The notes beneath the pieces are model-generated. The model had not been told where the DNA came from. It made no database searches and saw only the letters and a list, made by a program, of their open reading frames with translations. DNA of 63,973 nucleotides, filler included, from Rhabdomonas costata (Eukaryota): the NCBI GenBank assembly GCA_019059605.1. It is 30 parts of 30 records of this genome, joined end to end, with 100 filler letters (N's around TTAATTAATTAA, not from the genome) between each part and the next. Parts side by side here need not be neighbours in the genome. Positions count along the whole stretch, not along the records: positions 25,655 to 27,688 come from JAHMHO010006220.1; positions 27,789 to 29,835 come from JAHMHO010006221.1; positions 29,936 to 31,969 come from JAHMHO010006222.1; positions 32,070 to 34,103 come from JAHMHO010006223.1; positions 34,204 to 36,235 come from JAHMHO010006224.1; positions 36,336 to 38,369 come from JAHMHO010006225.1; 24 more parts are not named here. One strand, given 5' to 3'. The translations under genes were made by a program, and so were the position numbers. This document shows, piece by piece, positions 26,047-38,058 of this stretch. Positions within the stretch are counted from its first letter, which is position 1. Each line of letters begins with the position of its first letter.

Positions 26047-27788
26047 GTTGCCACTGCTGCGTCGAGTGACGGAGTGTTGTCGGTCCACAAAGGAAAGGAC
26101 TTGGGGACTCTGCAGACAATTCTTTCTGCTGCGAGAACATTGTGCGCTGTTGCCCCTTCACATCCTGGGTTAAGTGCCCGTAAATTCCTCCACCTGCGTT
26201 CGGGCGCGTGAGAGAGCGATACGAGGGCAAGGGAACATTGGAGAACCACCCTTTCAAGCTCTGGAAACCTTCTGGTGCGCATGGTGCTTTTCAAGCTTGG
26301 TTATCGGGTTCGCCATTGCCAAGTCCGAAATTCCACCTGAGAAAGCTCAGTCAAAGCTGAGATAATGAAATTGTGCTCTGGAATGCGCTGAAATGCACTG
26401 TAGGCGAACACGTTTCCTCACATTAGCTATGGAGAGCATCCTTGGCAGACTTCTGGTGATAAAAGCTAGTCCACAATTTCTGGGACCGCATCAGAATTTC
26501 TGGATGGGAAAGATCGGCGCACAGGTCGGAGTTTCCCGTGTACACCTTGGTAGCGGCAGGGAAAAGCCGGGGCTCAGGAGATGACAGGCATGCTAGATGG
26601 CAGATGATGGAAGAGGATACAAAAACCGTCGTTTTCATTTCCACACAGCGCGTTAGCCCGATGCCACCAAGTATTGCTGGCACTAATGCAAGGACACAGC
26701 GTCCGCGTCCAAAGCGACATCGATCTTCTCATGCACTGGTGGAGGACCTACAGGAAGAGCTGACTGAGATTCAGGATGTAGTGTCTCAAGTGCTTGGTGT
26801 CGGATGGTGTCGGATGTCTTGAGGCTTGCCTGAGCAAGCAGCGCAGAGCCCGCGGTGTGAATGTTCGTCACGGGTTGCTCGGAAAACTCGCTCCAGCCAT
26901 TCCTGGTCCAATTTTTACGCGATTCGTCCTGGAGTCCTTAGTGGTCTCACTTGCCATCAGAAGTCCATCAAAAGCTCGTTGGCTTGGCACTGCGTGCCCT
27001 TTGAGTTCGTTCAGCTGGAAAATTTTGACTTCGAGTGCCTCATCGCTTCAGGCGGTGTAGCAGGGCTTTGCCAATGCATAAAAGCTCGGTCTGGCGCTCA
27101 TGTCTCTCCGGTGAGTCGCAGAGAATACTGAAGCACTTGGGGACTCGCCCAATTGTCTGGATACTGGAGGCCGCCCGGGGGTGTTTGGGGTGCGGTTTTA
27201 GCGATTTAGGACAAGCATCTCATCATGGTTGATGGTTTCGCTCTACAGGAAGCAGTGATCTGGAGAGTGAAGGCCCTGGAAAGTGCTGAAAGAATAACTT
27301 TTCAACTTTGAAATACGGAGATTTGAAAGCAGCCGCACCAAATTAAGGTGCCAAACCACATCGATGTTAGCCATGTCTGCAAAGTCTGGACTGCAGTCTT
27401 CCACTGTATTGACTGAAATCGTGGCTGTTGTGGATTTCTACCCTTCTTTTTCTTATCCGCGGTGAAGTGTGTTGATCCTATCGGTATTTGGTGTCTGAAA
27501 AAAAAACACAGCCCTGGAAGGTTGCGAAGCACCTTCTGATGGGCCTCTCTCTCTCTCTGATCTCGATGGATGTCCTAGGTGTGAGTGTAGTGCAGTGCAG
27601 GGGGGACGCAGGCAAGGTGTAGCAGGTAGGCAGGAGGAACACGGAGAACAGGTCACACCTGTGGAAAAAGCGAGCTCGGTAAGTGGAANNNNNNNNNNNN
27701 NNNNNNNNNNNNNNNNNNNNNNNNNNNNNNNNTTAATTAATTAANNNNNNNNNNNNNNNNNNNNNNNNNNNNNNNNNNNNNNNNNNNN

Positions 27789-29835
27789 CACGATGCCCAG
27801 CATTGTATAAAAGGGCTATATGTTTATAGCCTTTTACGTAGTTGGGGCATCGTCAAAAACAATGGGCATCGTTATGTGCATCGTGGAAATTGTCATGGGC
27901 ATCGTTTGGGCATCGTGACAAATCGAATTCTTGTCATAAGAAAACGTGATTTTGCAGAAAATTAGGGTTGAGTGATGACTGTATTTTTCTCATTATGCAT
28001 ATTTTGTGTGGTTTTTTGCCTTCATTACCGCTTTTTCTAAGGTTTTCTTACAGGGCCTTTCCTGAGCATTTTTCGTCATCTATGGTGATTACCTCTTTCC
28101 GTCGGGCGTTGGCTGCTTTCCTTATATTGAGCGGTACTTCGTACAGAACCATCTCCGCCAAGTGTGGCATCTCTCTCGGCTCCGTTGCCCTCATTAAAAA
28201 GAAGCTTTTGCAAAAATCACCTGTTACCAGCTTCCCGAAGCCAGCTGGTCGCCACCGTAAGCTTGGGGCTCGAGAGAGGCGCCTGCTCATCCGAGCAGTG
28301 GGGAAAATGAGTGATGACTGTATTTTTCTCATTATGCATATTTTGTGTGGTTTTTTGCCTTCATTACCGCTTTTTCTAAGGTTTTCTTACAGGGCCTTTC
28401 CTGAGCATTTTTCGTCATCTATGGTGATTACCTCTTTCCGTCGGGCGTTGGCTGCTTTCCTTATATTGAGCGGTACTTCGTACAGAACCATCTCCGCCAA
28501 GTGTGGCATCTCTCTCGGCTCCGTTGCCCTCATTAAAAAGAAGCTTTTGCAAAAACCACCTGTTACCAGCTTCCCGAAGCCAGCTGGTCGCCACCGTAAG
28601 CTTGGGGCTCGAGAGAGGCGCCTGCTCATCCGAGCAGTGGGGAAAATGAGGAAAATGAATGTAAATTTTTCGGTTCGCCAACTGGCGAAAGAATGCGGCC
28701 TGCTGTCATGCGTCTCGCTGTCCACCCTATATCGGGAAATGCATCGAGGTGGTCTGCAGTGGAGCAATTTGCGCAGGAAAGGAATTCTATCCGCTCAAGA
28801 CCGAAAAAAGCGCCTCGCTTGGTGCCAAAAGCACAAGCATCTCCCAGCTTCGTTTTGGGAAAACGTCGGTCTTTACCTGGATTGCGTGAGCTTTGTGCAC
28901 AAAACGAGGCCAAAAGAATCAGGATGTGTCACGAAATCAAAGGCGTGGCTCAAAAAATCTGAAAAGCTTTCTGTGACTGCCAGGGGTCGCCACGAGCACG
29001 AATCCAAGTCAAAGGTTCTTCACCTCGTTGTTGCTATCTCTTATGGTTCTGGGCTCATGGTGTGCCAGCCTTATGAAGGCATGTCTGGGGCGTTCTTTGC
29101 CACGTTTTGCAAACGGGTTCTCCCAGCGGCGCTTCGGAATGCTCCAAAGCCCTGGACAATACTCCAGGATAATGACCCCAGCCAATCCAGCGCCGCAGCT
29201 CAGAGAGCCTTGCAGAGGATTGGTGTCTCGAGGCATGGTTTTTATGCGTTTGCCATGTGTATAACAGTCTCAGTCATTTCGCACTGCTTATGTTCCATGC
29301 AAAGCACAACTATGCTCATGATGTTGCGCTGTCAACACCTATTTTTGCATAACATTGCATTTGAAACAAATTAATCACTCGATGGAGGTATAATCTGGTT
29401 TTTTCTGGTTTTTTTATACAGAATTTTAATTCCGGCACGCTCACCGGACTTAAACCCAATTGAGAACATCTTCAACAACGCGAAAAGAGACGTCACCGAG
29501 GAGGCCATTTACAACAACATAACCGTGGAGAACTTCGATGAATTTACGGCTCGCGTTATGCGAGCTTTGTGGCGTTCCGCAGAACTCCACGGTGACAAGA
29601 CAATTTCCTCAATCCCAAAGCGAATCCGCGAGGTGATCCGCATGAAAGGCGGTCGCAGCTCTTACTGAACTGCAAAGTCTTGCTCTTGATTATATATGAC
29701 TGCTGCTTTCTGGGGCTTCTGTTTGTACCACCCGCCAAAATCTTTACCGTATTCTTCGAACCGAAAATCATGTTGTCTGTTGGTTCAGACGACAAACCGG
29801 ACTGAAAAATCATCGTGTTGTCTCCATTCTGACCT
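27789..29835 (+). mobile_element. Tc1/mariner (IS630-Tc1, DD34E) DNA transposon; true termini not resolved
   Basis: Transposase CDS; GGGCATCGT repeats and a hairpin at the left end; internal 339-bp tandem duplication. Confidence 0.92.
28421..29668 (+). CDS. Tc1-like transposase; exons 28421-29232 and 29422-29668 (upstream in-frame duplicate ATG at 28082)
   Basis: HTH region, GRHRKL (GRPR-like) linker, RLAWC, LYLD, ILQDND, SPDLNPIEN, C-terminal KGGRSSY; splicing gives exactly 34 residues between D and E. Confidence 0.92.
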
Positions 29836-32800
29836 NNNNNNNNNNNNNNNNNNNNNNNNNNNNNNNNNNNNNNNNNNNNTTAATTAATTAANNNNNNNNN
29901 NNNNNNNNNNNNNNNNNNNNNNNNNNNNNNNNNNNTGTGGGGTGTGCCCTGTAACCTGCAATGCAGTGCAATGCTTTAGCTGTCGTGTGCTCGGCGCCAG
30001 AAGAGGCCTCCACGACGTGAATGGTGAGTTCCAGGGTGAGGTGTTTGGAGCTGCTGCTCGCTTTCACGCTCACTTCGTCCTGTGCTCATTAATTTTATAG
30101 CTGCCCGCGCCGCTGCTGACAATCCGAAGGCAGAGCCTGCAGCAGAGAAGGCAGCGCCCGCCGAAGGTTTTTTTCCTTTGGGTTTTCTGTTGTATGTTGC
30201 CAGAGGCCTTCCCTGCCTCGCTGCCCTCCGACTGCCTGCCGAGCTTCTCTTCTTTTTTTCTCGAGGTAGCAAACAGACAGTTAAATGTGTGTCCAGTGGG
30301 CTATGGGTGGTTAGCTGGTTTGAATTCTAGTGTATTTGAAGCAGCCTGTGTGCAAAGTGCGATCGGGCGAAGTTCCGCGTTTAAGTATCTGTCCACCCGA
30401 GAGTTTGTGCGGTGATTGTTGTATCGAGAGTTCCGCAAAGTAAATGACCTGAGATTCACTGAGAGATGGAGCCAGAGTGCGGTGAGGAAGCAGCAACTCA
30501 GACCGAGCCGCAAGGTATTTATCTGGATGAAGTGATGAATTTCATGGTTTTCGAGGTCGTTGTGTGTGTGGGGGTTCTCTTTTTATCAACGGCCATGATG
30601 TTGTTTTCGTGTTTACCCATTCCATTTCGTAGGGGCAGAAAGTAAGAAGAAGGCGAAGCGAACCAAGCCGAAGGCAAAGAAGTAAGCGCTGCGGGGCCCA
30701 TCCTTTCGGGGCGTGACCGCCCCGAAGGGCTGGCTTTCTTGCTCACTTTTCCAAATACGGTTGCTGTGTCACTTTGAAGCTTTTTTGCACTTTCTGGACA
30801 TATTTTTGGAAGAGGGCTCGAGATGGGTGGTTCTGCGTTCTTTTGCGCTTGCGACAAGCGCAGAAGTGCGCTGAATAAGGGCAGCACCGCAAGCTTCTCT
30901 CGTCTTTTGGTCGCTCTGTGGAAACCAAAAACCCCCCCCATTCCGCCCCCCACAAACGCACCGGATCAGGTCATAGGATCAGAACCTGATCTTGGCAAGG
31001 TTTAGCGAAGTGCCTCATCTGAGGTGATTATGGGGTGCAATGGTGCAATGGAAGTGGGGGAGGTGGAGTGGTAACCGTTACCAGTGGTAGCATTTTCTTC
31101 TACGGCAGCATATTTTGAAAAGTTGTTGTCAGCCCCCAAGGTCAAGTCCCCCGCTCCAGCTGCCCGCTCCGACCGCGGCGCGGACGGAGGCCCTAAACAA
31201 ATGCTCGACTCGTCCGGCCATAACTCAGTCATCGGCGAGTACTAAGCTCTAGTTATCAGCTGCTAAGCAAAAAAACACATTTATTCAGGGGTTCTGGCAT
31301 ATTTAACCTAAACCCCACAAAAAAGTCGTTTTGAGGGTGCCCCCCCCCCTGGATTGAGAATCACGAGCTGAAAAGGCAAAACTATTGCTCTGATCCCCAA
31401 TACCAGAGCCGGCTCGCTTTACTGTCCAGGCAGTCATGGGCCATGGTGCTGGCGACTGTGAAGAAGAGTTTACTCGCCAATTGTTTCTCCCGGGTTAGGA
31501 TTACTTCGCAATGTAATGTAAGGATGCGGGATGACAGTGTGTGTGCAACAAAGCTTTTTGCTGCGAAAGCGCAGGTTTTTATGGTCACTTTCAAGCCTCT
31601 GGGACAGGTTGCGTTTCACTCGCGGGGTGCAGCACAGGGACTCTGTTTTGGCTACCGATCCTGGGGACGGGTTTCTTGTGGCAGGGCGCAACCCTCTGTT
31701 TCTGTTGTTGTTGTTTCCCCAAATCTGTATCAGCACGCAGGTAAATGCCCGCTTCATTTTAAGGGATTTCGGTTTCTGTCTTCAGTGACAGCTTTCGTTG
31801 CGTTAAAAAGAATTTTCGCTGTCGTTGACAGCCTTGGCGGCATAGCTACCAACTATGTAAAACCAACTAAAACCAACCGAAATAACAACGAAAACACACC
31901 ATGATGAACAATCAAACCACAATCAAAGAGCTTGTACTCCGATCACCATCCCCCACTTGCCACCCAAAANNNNNNNNNNNNNNNNNNNNNNNNNNNNNNN
32001 NNNNNNNNNNNNNTTAATTAATTAANNNNNNNNNNNNNNNNNNNNNNNNNNNNNNNNNNNNNNNNNNNNGTTGTGTTGGCGTCAAAGGTGGCAGCTTGCG
32101 CAATCACATGCTTCACTAAACGGTCGAGCCTGGACCGGTCATTTGGGTCCTGGTACAACTCCAGTCTCCTGGTGCACGAGTGGAGCTCCCACCGGAGGTT
32201 CCTGTTGGCGATTCTCGGGCTTTCATCAACGGGGGGCGGTCTTTTTTGTCTAAACCGCCCCAAAGTGCTGAGGTGGACATTTCCATGCAAAAGCCGAAGA
32301 TGACCCCGAGTCAGCGGGAAGCGGTACAGAGGGACAATGTTCAGCATATTTCCAACCCGTCAAAAATGAAGGGGCAGGGTGCTGCAAAAGGTGAAAGTTC
32401 CCATCGCAACTCCCTCTCGTCCCCTGGCGCAGGAGAAACGCAATACATTGGCTTTCCGCTCAAATGCATACCACCACCCATTCTCGCTTGCGTTCCCCGA
32501 GCCACTCCATGTCAACAAGCGCAGAAACAACAACCGCGCATGATCCTTTTGCGCAAAGCCCAGTTGCAGGAGAAGGCTGCTTCAAATTCGGAACAAAATT
32601 TGTCCACATAAGCACCCGATCTCGTGAACCCAGGCATGGTTTTCGAAAGATGTTTTCGAGAATAATCCTACTCACGTCCCGACAGAAGCTCAACCCGAAA
32701 TAAAAGTATTGGGATTGAGTACGAAAAACAACAACCAAAATAACACTGGGATAGTGGAAAAACTTTCGAGATTATTGACGTATATTAGAATGGCTCCCAC

Positions 32801-33381
32801 CCGAAGCAGCCCGGTCGCCTAGCGCTTGCGAACTTGCTGCATGTTGATTCGTCAGAACTGTTTGAAGGGATACTGCTAACTAATGCATTATTTCTTGCAC
32901 TGGTGACCTGGGTGTCTTTCTTAACAGCCCTGATTTCAATTTGGCGCGGGTCAATGTCAAAAGAAAGAGCTACAGCTGAAAGGATACTTCTGAAAAAAAA
33001 ATTTACCACGTAACCTCAAAGGCGATATGGAGCGACAGATAAGGTCGTTTAATGTCCGAAATAGGCTATAAAAAACATAAAACCCCCCAAAAAGGTCGAG
33101 TGCCATGAGAGAAATTAGGAAATATCGCTCGAAAGGAAAAAAACGCCTCTCAAAAACATCTCAAAAACTCTCCCTTAAGGTGGCGCAGCAATATGATGCG
33201 CCATTAAAACATGGGTATACATTTTGGAAGCGTACAGACCTATGACAGCGCTTCGAGAGAGTTTCTCGAAGACCAAGAGCACTGGACACAACGTGCAGCC
33301 AACCTTTACTTGCTTTAGCAATCTGCTGATCATAGAATGTAACAGCATGTAGTGACCCCCCCCCGCAAAAAAAAAGCCTTC

Positions 33382-33759
33382 TCAGATCTTCACATTGGCC
33401 AGGCTCTCCAGCACCCCCACCACCGCGGAGTTGTCCTTCTCTCCCATCCCATTGGCCACCATGGCCTGAAAAAGCTGTGCTGCGGCCGCGGTGCCGGGCA
33501 GGGGTACCCCACACTCCCGTGCGGACTCCATCACAATGGCCAAGTCCTTGGCCTGCATCGAGGCCTTGAACCCCGGCTCGCGGTTGCCCTCGAACAGCCG
33601 CGGAGGTTTCACGTCCAGGGTCCAGCACTGCGCCGCGCCGCCCTTTACCGCCTCAATCACCTTGGCGGGGTCCACCCCGCTCTTCTTCGAGAACACCAGC
33701 ATCTCCCCCATGGCCACCATTTGCGCGGCAACCATGATCTGGTTGGCCGCCTTGCACAC
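33382..33759 (-). CDS. garR: Beta-hydroxyacid dehydrogenase family, 2-hydroxy-3-oxopropionate (tartronate semialdehyde) reductase-like, last exon
   Basis: CKAANQIMVA (catalytic Lys), SGVDPAKVIEAVKGGAA, PGFKASMQAKDL, DNSAV; TAG| acceptor and stop codon. Confidence 0.8.
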   Translation of the reverse strand: MCKAANQIMVAAQMVAMGEMLVFSKKSGVDPAKVIEAVKGGAAQCWTLDVKPPRLFEGNREPGFKASMQAKDLAIVMESARECGVPLPGTAAAAQLFQAMVANGMGEKDNSAVVGVLESLANVKI

Positions 33760-34652
33760 CTACTCGAACCCCCTCCCCCACGACCACACACACACACACG
33801 CAAGGGGTCGCGCGCGCGTCAGAGAGACCATGACACAAACTCACCCTTCTCACCTTCTCAGGCTCCCGGGGCAGCCTGGGCATTTCCAAGTTTTAACGAC
33901 GAAGACACTCCTTTTGTTTCTTCTGGAGGGTTCTTCTGCAGCACTCGTTCTCCCCATTCTTCCGGCTTTCGGACCTGTGGCACCCGTCGAGAGTCACGGC
34001 AGAAAAAAGTGAGTGACTCTGGCTCGGAAGCTCCTGTTTTCGCCTGCACTTGGAGCAAGCATTCAGGTGCACTTTTTATCAGACTGCATCGGACACACCA
34101 CCCNNNNNNNNNNNNNNNNNNNNNNNNNNNNNNNNNNNNNNNNNNNNTTAATTAATTAANNNNNNNNNNNNNNNNNNNNNNNNNNNNNNNNNNNNNNNNN
34201 NNNGTGTTGGGGGCTGCAGGGTACACACGCCGAGACCAACACTCCAAAAAGAAAACACGGCAGGCGGGAGAGGGGCAAGGTGACGCTCTCTCTAAGGACC
34301 AGCACGAAGAAATGCAAACCTCGACGGAAAAAAAAAGCACGGGAGCGCAGGGGGGCGGAGGAATTACAGTGCAGCACCGATGAGCAGAAAACAGCGGGCA
34401 AGGGGCACACATCACTTTCCCCCTGGATCGGGAAAAAGCGGCCCCGCCCAGGACTGATAAAAAATAAAAGGATGTGAGCGACAGTGCGAGGGTGCAACAA
34501 GCCGTTACGCTGCAACGCACAGCAGCAGCGCACTGCTGCGGGTTGCGAGCAGGGGATCCATCCGGTGACAGAAGACAGACCCGTCTCAGACAACCACGTC
34601 ACACCACAGCTAGGCTCTGGTGCTACAGGTGGCGTGGTGATGTGAGTTGGCC

Positions 34653-35964
34653 TCAGCCGGTGCTGGGAAACCTTCTCCTCACTTCGGCAGCCAGCGCGGC
34701 GTGCCGCGCAGGGTCCTCAGCAATCAAGTCCAGAGCGGCTTGTATAGACCACACTGACAGGGGTCTCATATAGCACAGCGCTCTGAAACACCACCCAAAG
34801 ACCGAGTGACCGAGCCAACGAACGGCACTCTTCAGTTAACGCAAGTCGCAGAAAAACAAACAACGTGTCTAGTACTGGAGTGGTCCAGTCAACCGAATCC
34901 GCAACATCAGAGCCGGCTCAGGTGTCGGGACGGATGATGGATATGGGGGGAGGGTCAGGGGCGCAAAGTTGGCCTACTCCCATTTTCCAGACTCCTTCCT
35001 AAACCTCCCTTAGTTGTGTAGCTCGGGGAAAAAGCTCGGGTGTCGGCCTTACTCTCCCTCTTAGCGAAAGCGAAACCACACCAGATTGCCAATGCGGTCA
35101 ATTTTCGCGCGCACAATGCGAAGCGGGGGCACAGAAAGTACCGGAAATTTCCGTTGGCCAGCCAAGCCTCTGGAGTGGAAAACCACAGCCCGAAGGAGAC
35201 GTAGGTGCCCTCATAAACACCCTGCAAAAGCGAAAAATTCACAGAATACTCCATGGAGAGCCGATACTCTCCGATATTCTGGTCGCGACCGCACAATGCA
35301 ATTGATCACAAAAAGTCAGACGAGCCTTGTGAGCCACAATGAGTGTCAGCCTGAGGTGCATCCGTTCGCGACGCAGCTTCAGAAGGATGCAAACTTCAAC
35401 GGAAAGTCTGCAGCTTTTTCCCTCGCTGTTCGTCATGGGCGACAGCAAATAGTGAGCTGATGGAAGAGGGCTACCGAATCCTGGTCCCACACCGTGGACA
35501 GGATGGAGAAGCGGACACACAGAATTCCGCCACCACGCCAGAAAATCAGGCAAACTCCCAAACTTCCTATCAGGCTCATCAACACTTCCGAGCACAAGCG
35601 GCGGCAAAAGGATGGGACACGTGCTACTAAAGTGAGCATCACACGAATACAGTGTTTGTTTTTGTGTGCGGAAATAATCGTCGCCGTTCTGCGGATTGTT
35701 GTCACCCTTGCAACTTGCAAGTCTTGCAGTAAAGACACACTACCAACAGCCCACTCATGGGCCGCAGCAACCGAACTGTCACTCCACACCACTCTGAGCC
35801 CCTCTGACCCACATTCGTCTCCATCCAACCGAAATGACACCGAAGGCCATTAAACGCAAAGAGCATGCGGACGCAATCCGCACCCGCGCAGTGTTCCAAG
35901 CCTCCTCGACCAGTCCTTCCATTAGCATTCCCGCGGCGATCATGTAGGTCGTTCCGGTCCACAC
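34653..35964 (-). CDS. GBA2: Non-lysosomal glucosylceramidase (GH116), last three exons 35964-35884, 35221-35142, 34782-34653
   Basis: VWTGTTY, GVYE...GLWFSTPEAW, R-ALCYMRPLSVWSIQ; GT-AG introns in phase. Confidence 0.92.
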
Positions 35965-37446
35965 CTGTGAGTCCCCAACAAAGCATCAGAGCATGGGCTG
36001 CGTTGTGTCAGCAGCTGCGGGCACATATTAGCCTCTAAATTTAGGAAATCGAAATTGGATCTCTTTAGAACATTTAAAGCAACAATGAGAAAGTCGTTTC
36101 TGGCACACCGGTGCCAGCCTACAGTTCTCTTATCAGTATGCAGGCCTGCAAAGGGCCTAATAGGGCCCTTGCAAGCCTGTGTGAAGGCAGAAAGGGCTCA
36201 GAAATACTCCAAAATGGCCCTGAAATGGCTCAAAANNNNNNNNNNNNNNNNNNNNNNNNNNNNNNNNNNNNNNNNNNNNTTAATTAATTAANNNNNNNNN
36301 NNNNNNNNNNNNNNNNNNNNNNNNNNNNNNNNNNNGGGGTGTGGTGAGGTAATTATGCAGGTACGCGTAGGCCAACACAAGAGACCCAAATTAAAGCGCA
36401 CATACGAACTAACACAAAGTTCGACTACTATACAAGAACACGGAACCAAAAATAGGCAGTAGAATAACCCGTCGATCACGATCCTGCGCATCACAAGTCA
36501 TGCGCTACGACACAATATTCGCCTCGGGACTGCAGTTCACTCCCGCAACGGAGGCCTTTATTTGGCCACTAAATGCCCAATGGAGTTAGGGATGGAGTTA
36601 GGGAGGTAGGCCAACAACTGGCCAAAAATAAACGACAACAAAAAGTCCTGCCGCTCCCCTCTCCCTGCGACCTGCACGGCGGCAGCCTGAGGTGGGTGGG
36701 CTTCCGTGGGCTGCACGCTGGTCTGAAAAGCACGGAGAGGGAGAGGGAGGCAGCGCAGCCTGTGAGTAGTCAGCTGCTGTGTAAGAGTGGTCGGCGCGTG
36801 TTAGCAAACTGCGATATCTTCCACTGCGGGCTGTCCTAGAGCCACTGTTTCAGTTTCGTGGGACTGTTTCGGGGGACGCATATGTTAGTATGCGATGCGA
36901 TCGTTGCGTCGGCAGAAGAAACATTTCTGTCACCGTTTTGCCAGGCAAAGACGCAAAAATTGTTGATTGTGGTATGACAAAATACAACCAACCAGCAAGC
37001 CAGCAAGTTCAAGCACTGCTCGGGCACATACTTCTGATGTCTTAATTGGTGTGCTTACGTCTCTCTCGGAGAACGCACATACGTTTTCGTGCACATACAA
37101 TTCCTAACCCCCGCTGGAAAATCCCGGAGGCACCACCAACTCGGGCCTCATATAATTCAGAGAGACTCAACCCCATGGGCGTTTCAACAGGGAAGAGCAA
37201 ACAGAATCGAGAAGGACACGGGCAAATAATTAGGGCACGCGAAGGAAGTAGACAGCCAAGAAAAAACCTTGCCCTGGTTGCCCCGACAATTGAACGCAAC
37301 AGCTGTGCGGCGTTTCCCTTTTGTGTTTGGGCCACAGGATGCAAAAATTCGCAGGGGAACGTACAAGACCAAACATCCTGCTGCAAAGCGATAATATTTA
37401 CAACGGTCATATAGGGTCCAAACCAAACGCCGATCCCAACCTCAGC

Positions 37447-38058
37447 TCACACCTTTTCCTCGAGCTGATCGTACACCAGCACGTAATCGTCCTTGCGCTC
37501 CTTGGTCCACTTTTGTGGGTCGAAGACTAGAAAAGAACCCTTTTGCGTTGGAGGTGGGGGGAGTTTGTTGCACTTCATTTCCTTTAAGTCCTTCTTTTCA
37601 TCTCTTCATTTCATGTCCGTCCCTTTGGACTAAATCGTTTGCTCTCAATTTCGCTTTACTTAAATCTCAACCAGAGCTGCTCCCAGGACACAGGGCTCGC
37701 TCTGGCAGATTTTATGGACGACGCTCGGACTCCGATGCTCCGGAAGAAGGCCTGCACTGCACTGGGAAACTTTTGCAGAAATTAAAACAACCCCTGCCCT
37801 TCGCCCTTCCCAAAGGCTGTCTGCCCAGTTCTCTATGAATTCCTCTTTTTGACCACTCCTCCTCCTTCCACGGCTGCCAGACAGCAGGTATGGGACCTCC
37901 CACGGTGTGTGTACGTGCACGGTGTAACCATGTTGGGTGCGCTGGAGTGCGGGAGCCATGCCTTCTCGTACTGCTCCGTTTTAACTGTGGGCTCCGTGTT
38001 GGGGGCACGGGTGAACCACAGCTTCTTCTCCTTGTGAAACCTCCAATCGCGGTTGTAC
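37447..38058 (-). CDS. CNOT2: CCR4-NOT subunit NOT2 (NOT-box), last exons 38058-37962 and 37539-37447
   Basis: YNRDWRFHKEKKLWFTR...YEK-GSFLVFDP.KW...Y..LE; joined by a GC-AG intron. Confidence 0.9.

Noticed and set aside
27968-29374. 468-aa ORF as the true transposase
   Set aside because: It includes the duplicated upstream region and reads into the intron, missing the catalytic Glu
31309-33100. Similar AAACCCC.CAAAAA.GTCG motif at about 31310 and 33081
   Set aside because: Short and low in complexity; the flanks do not align
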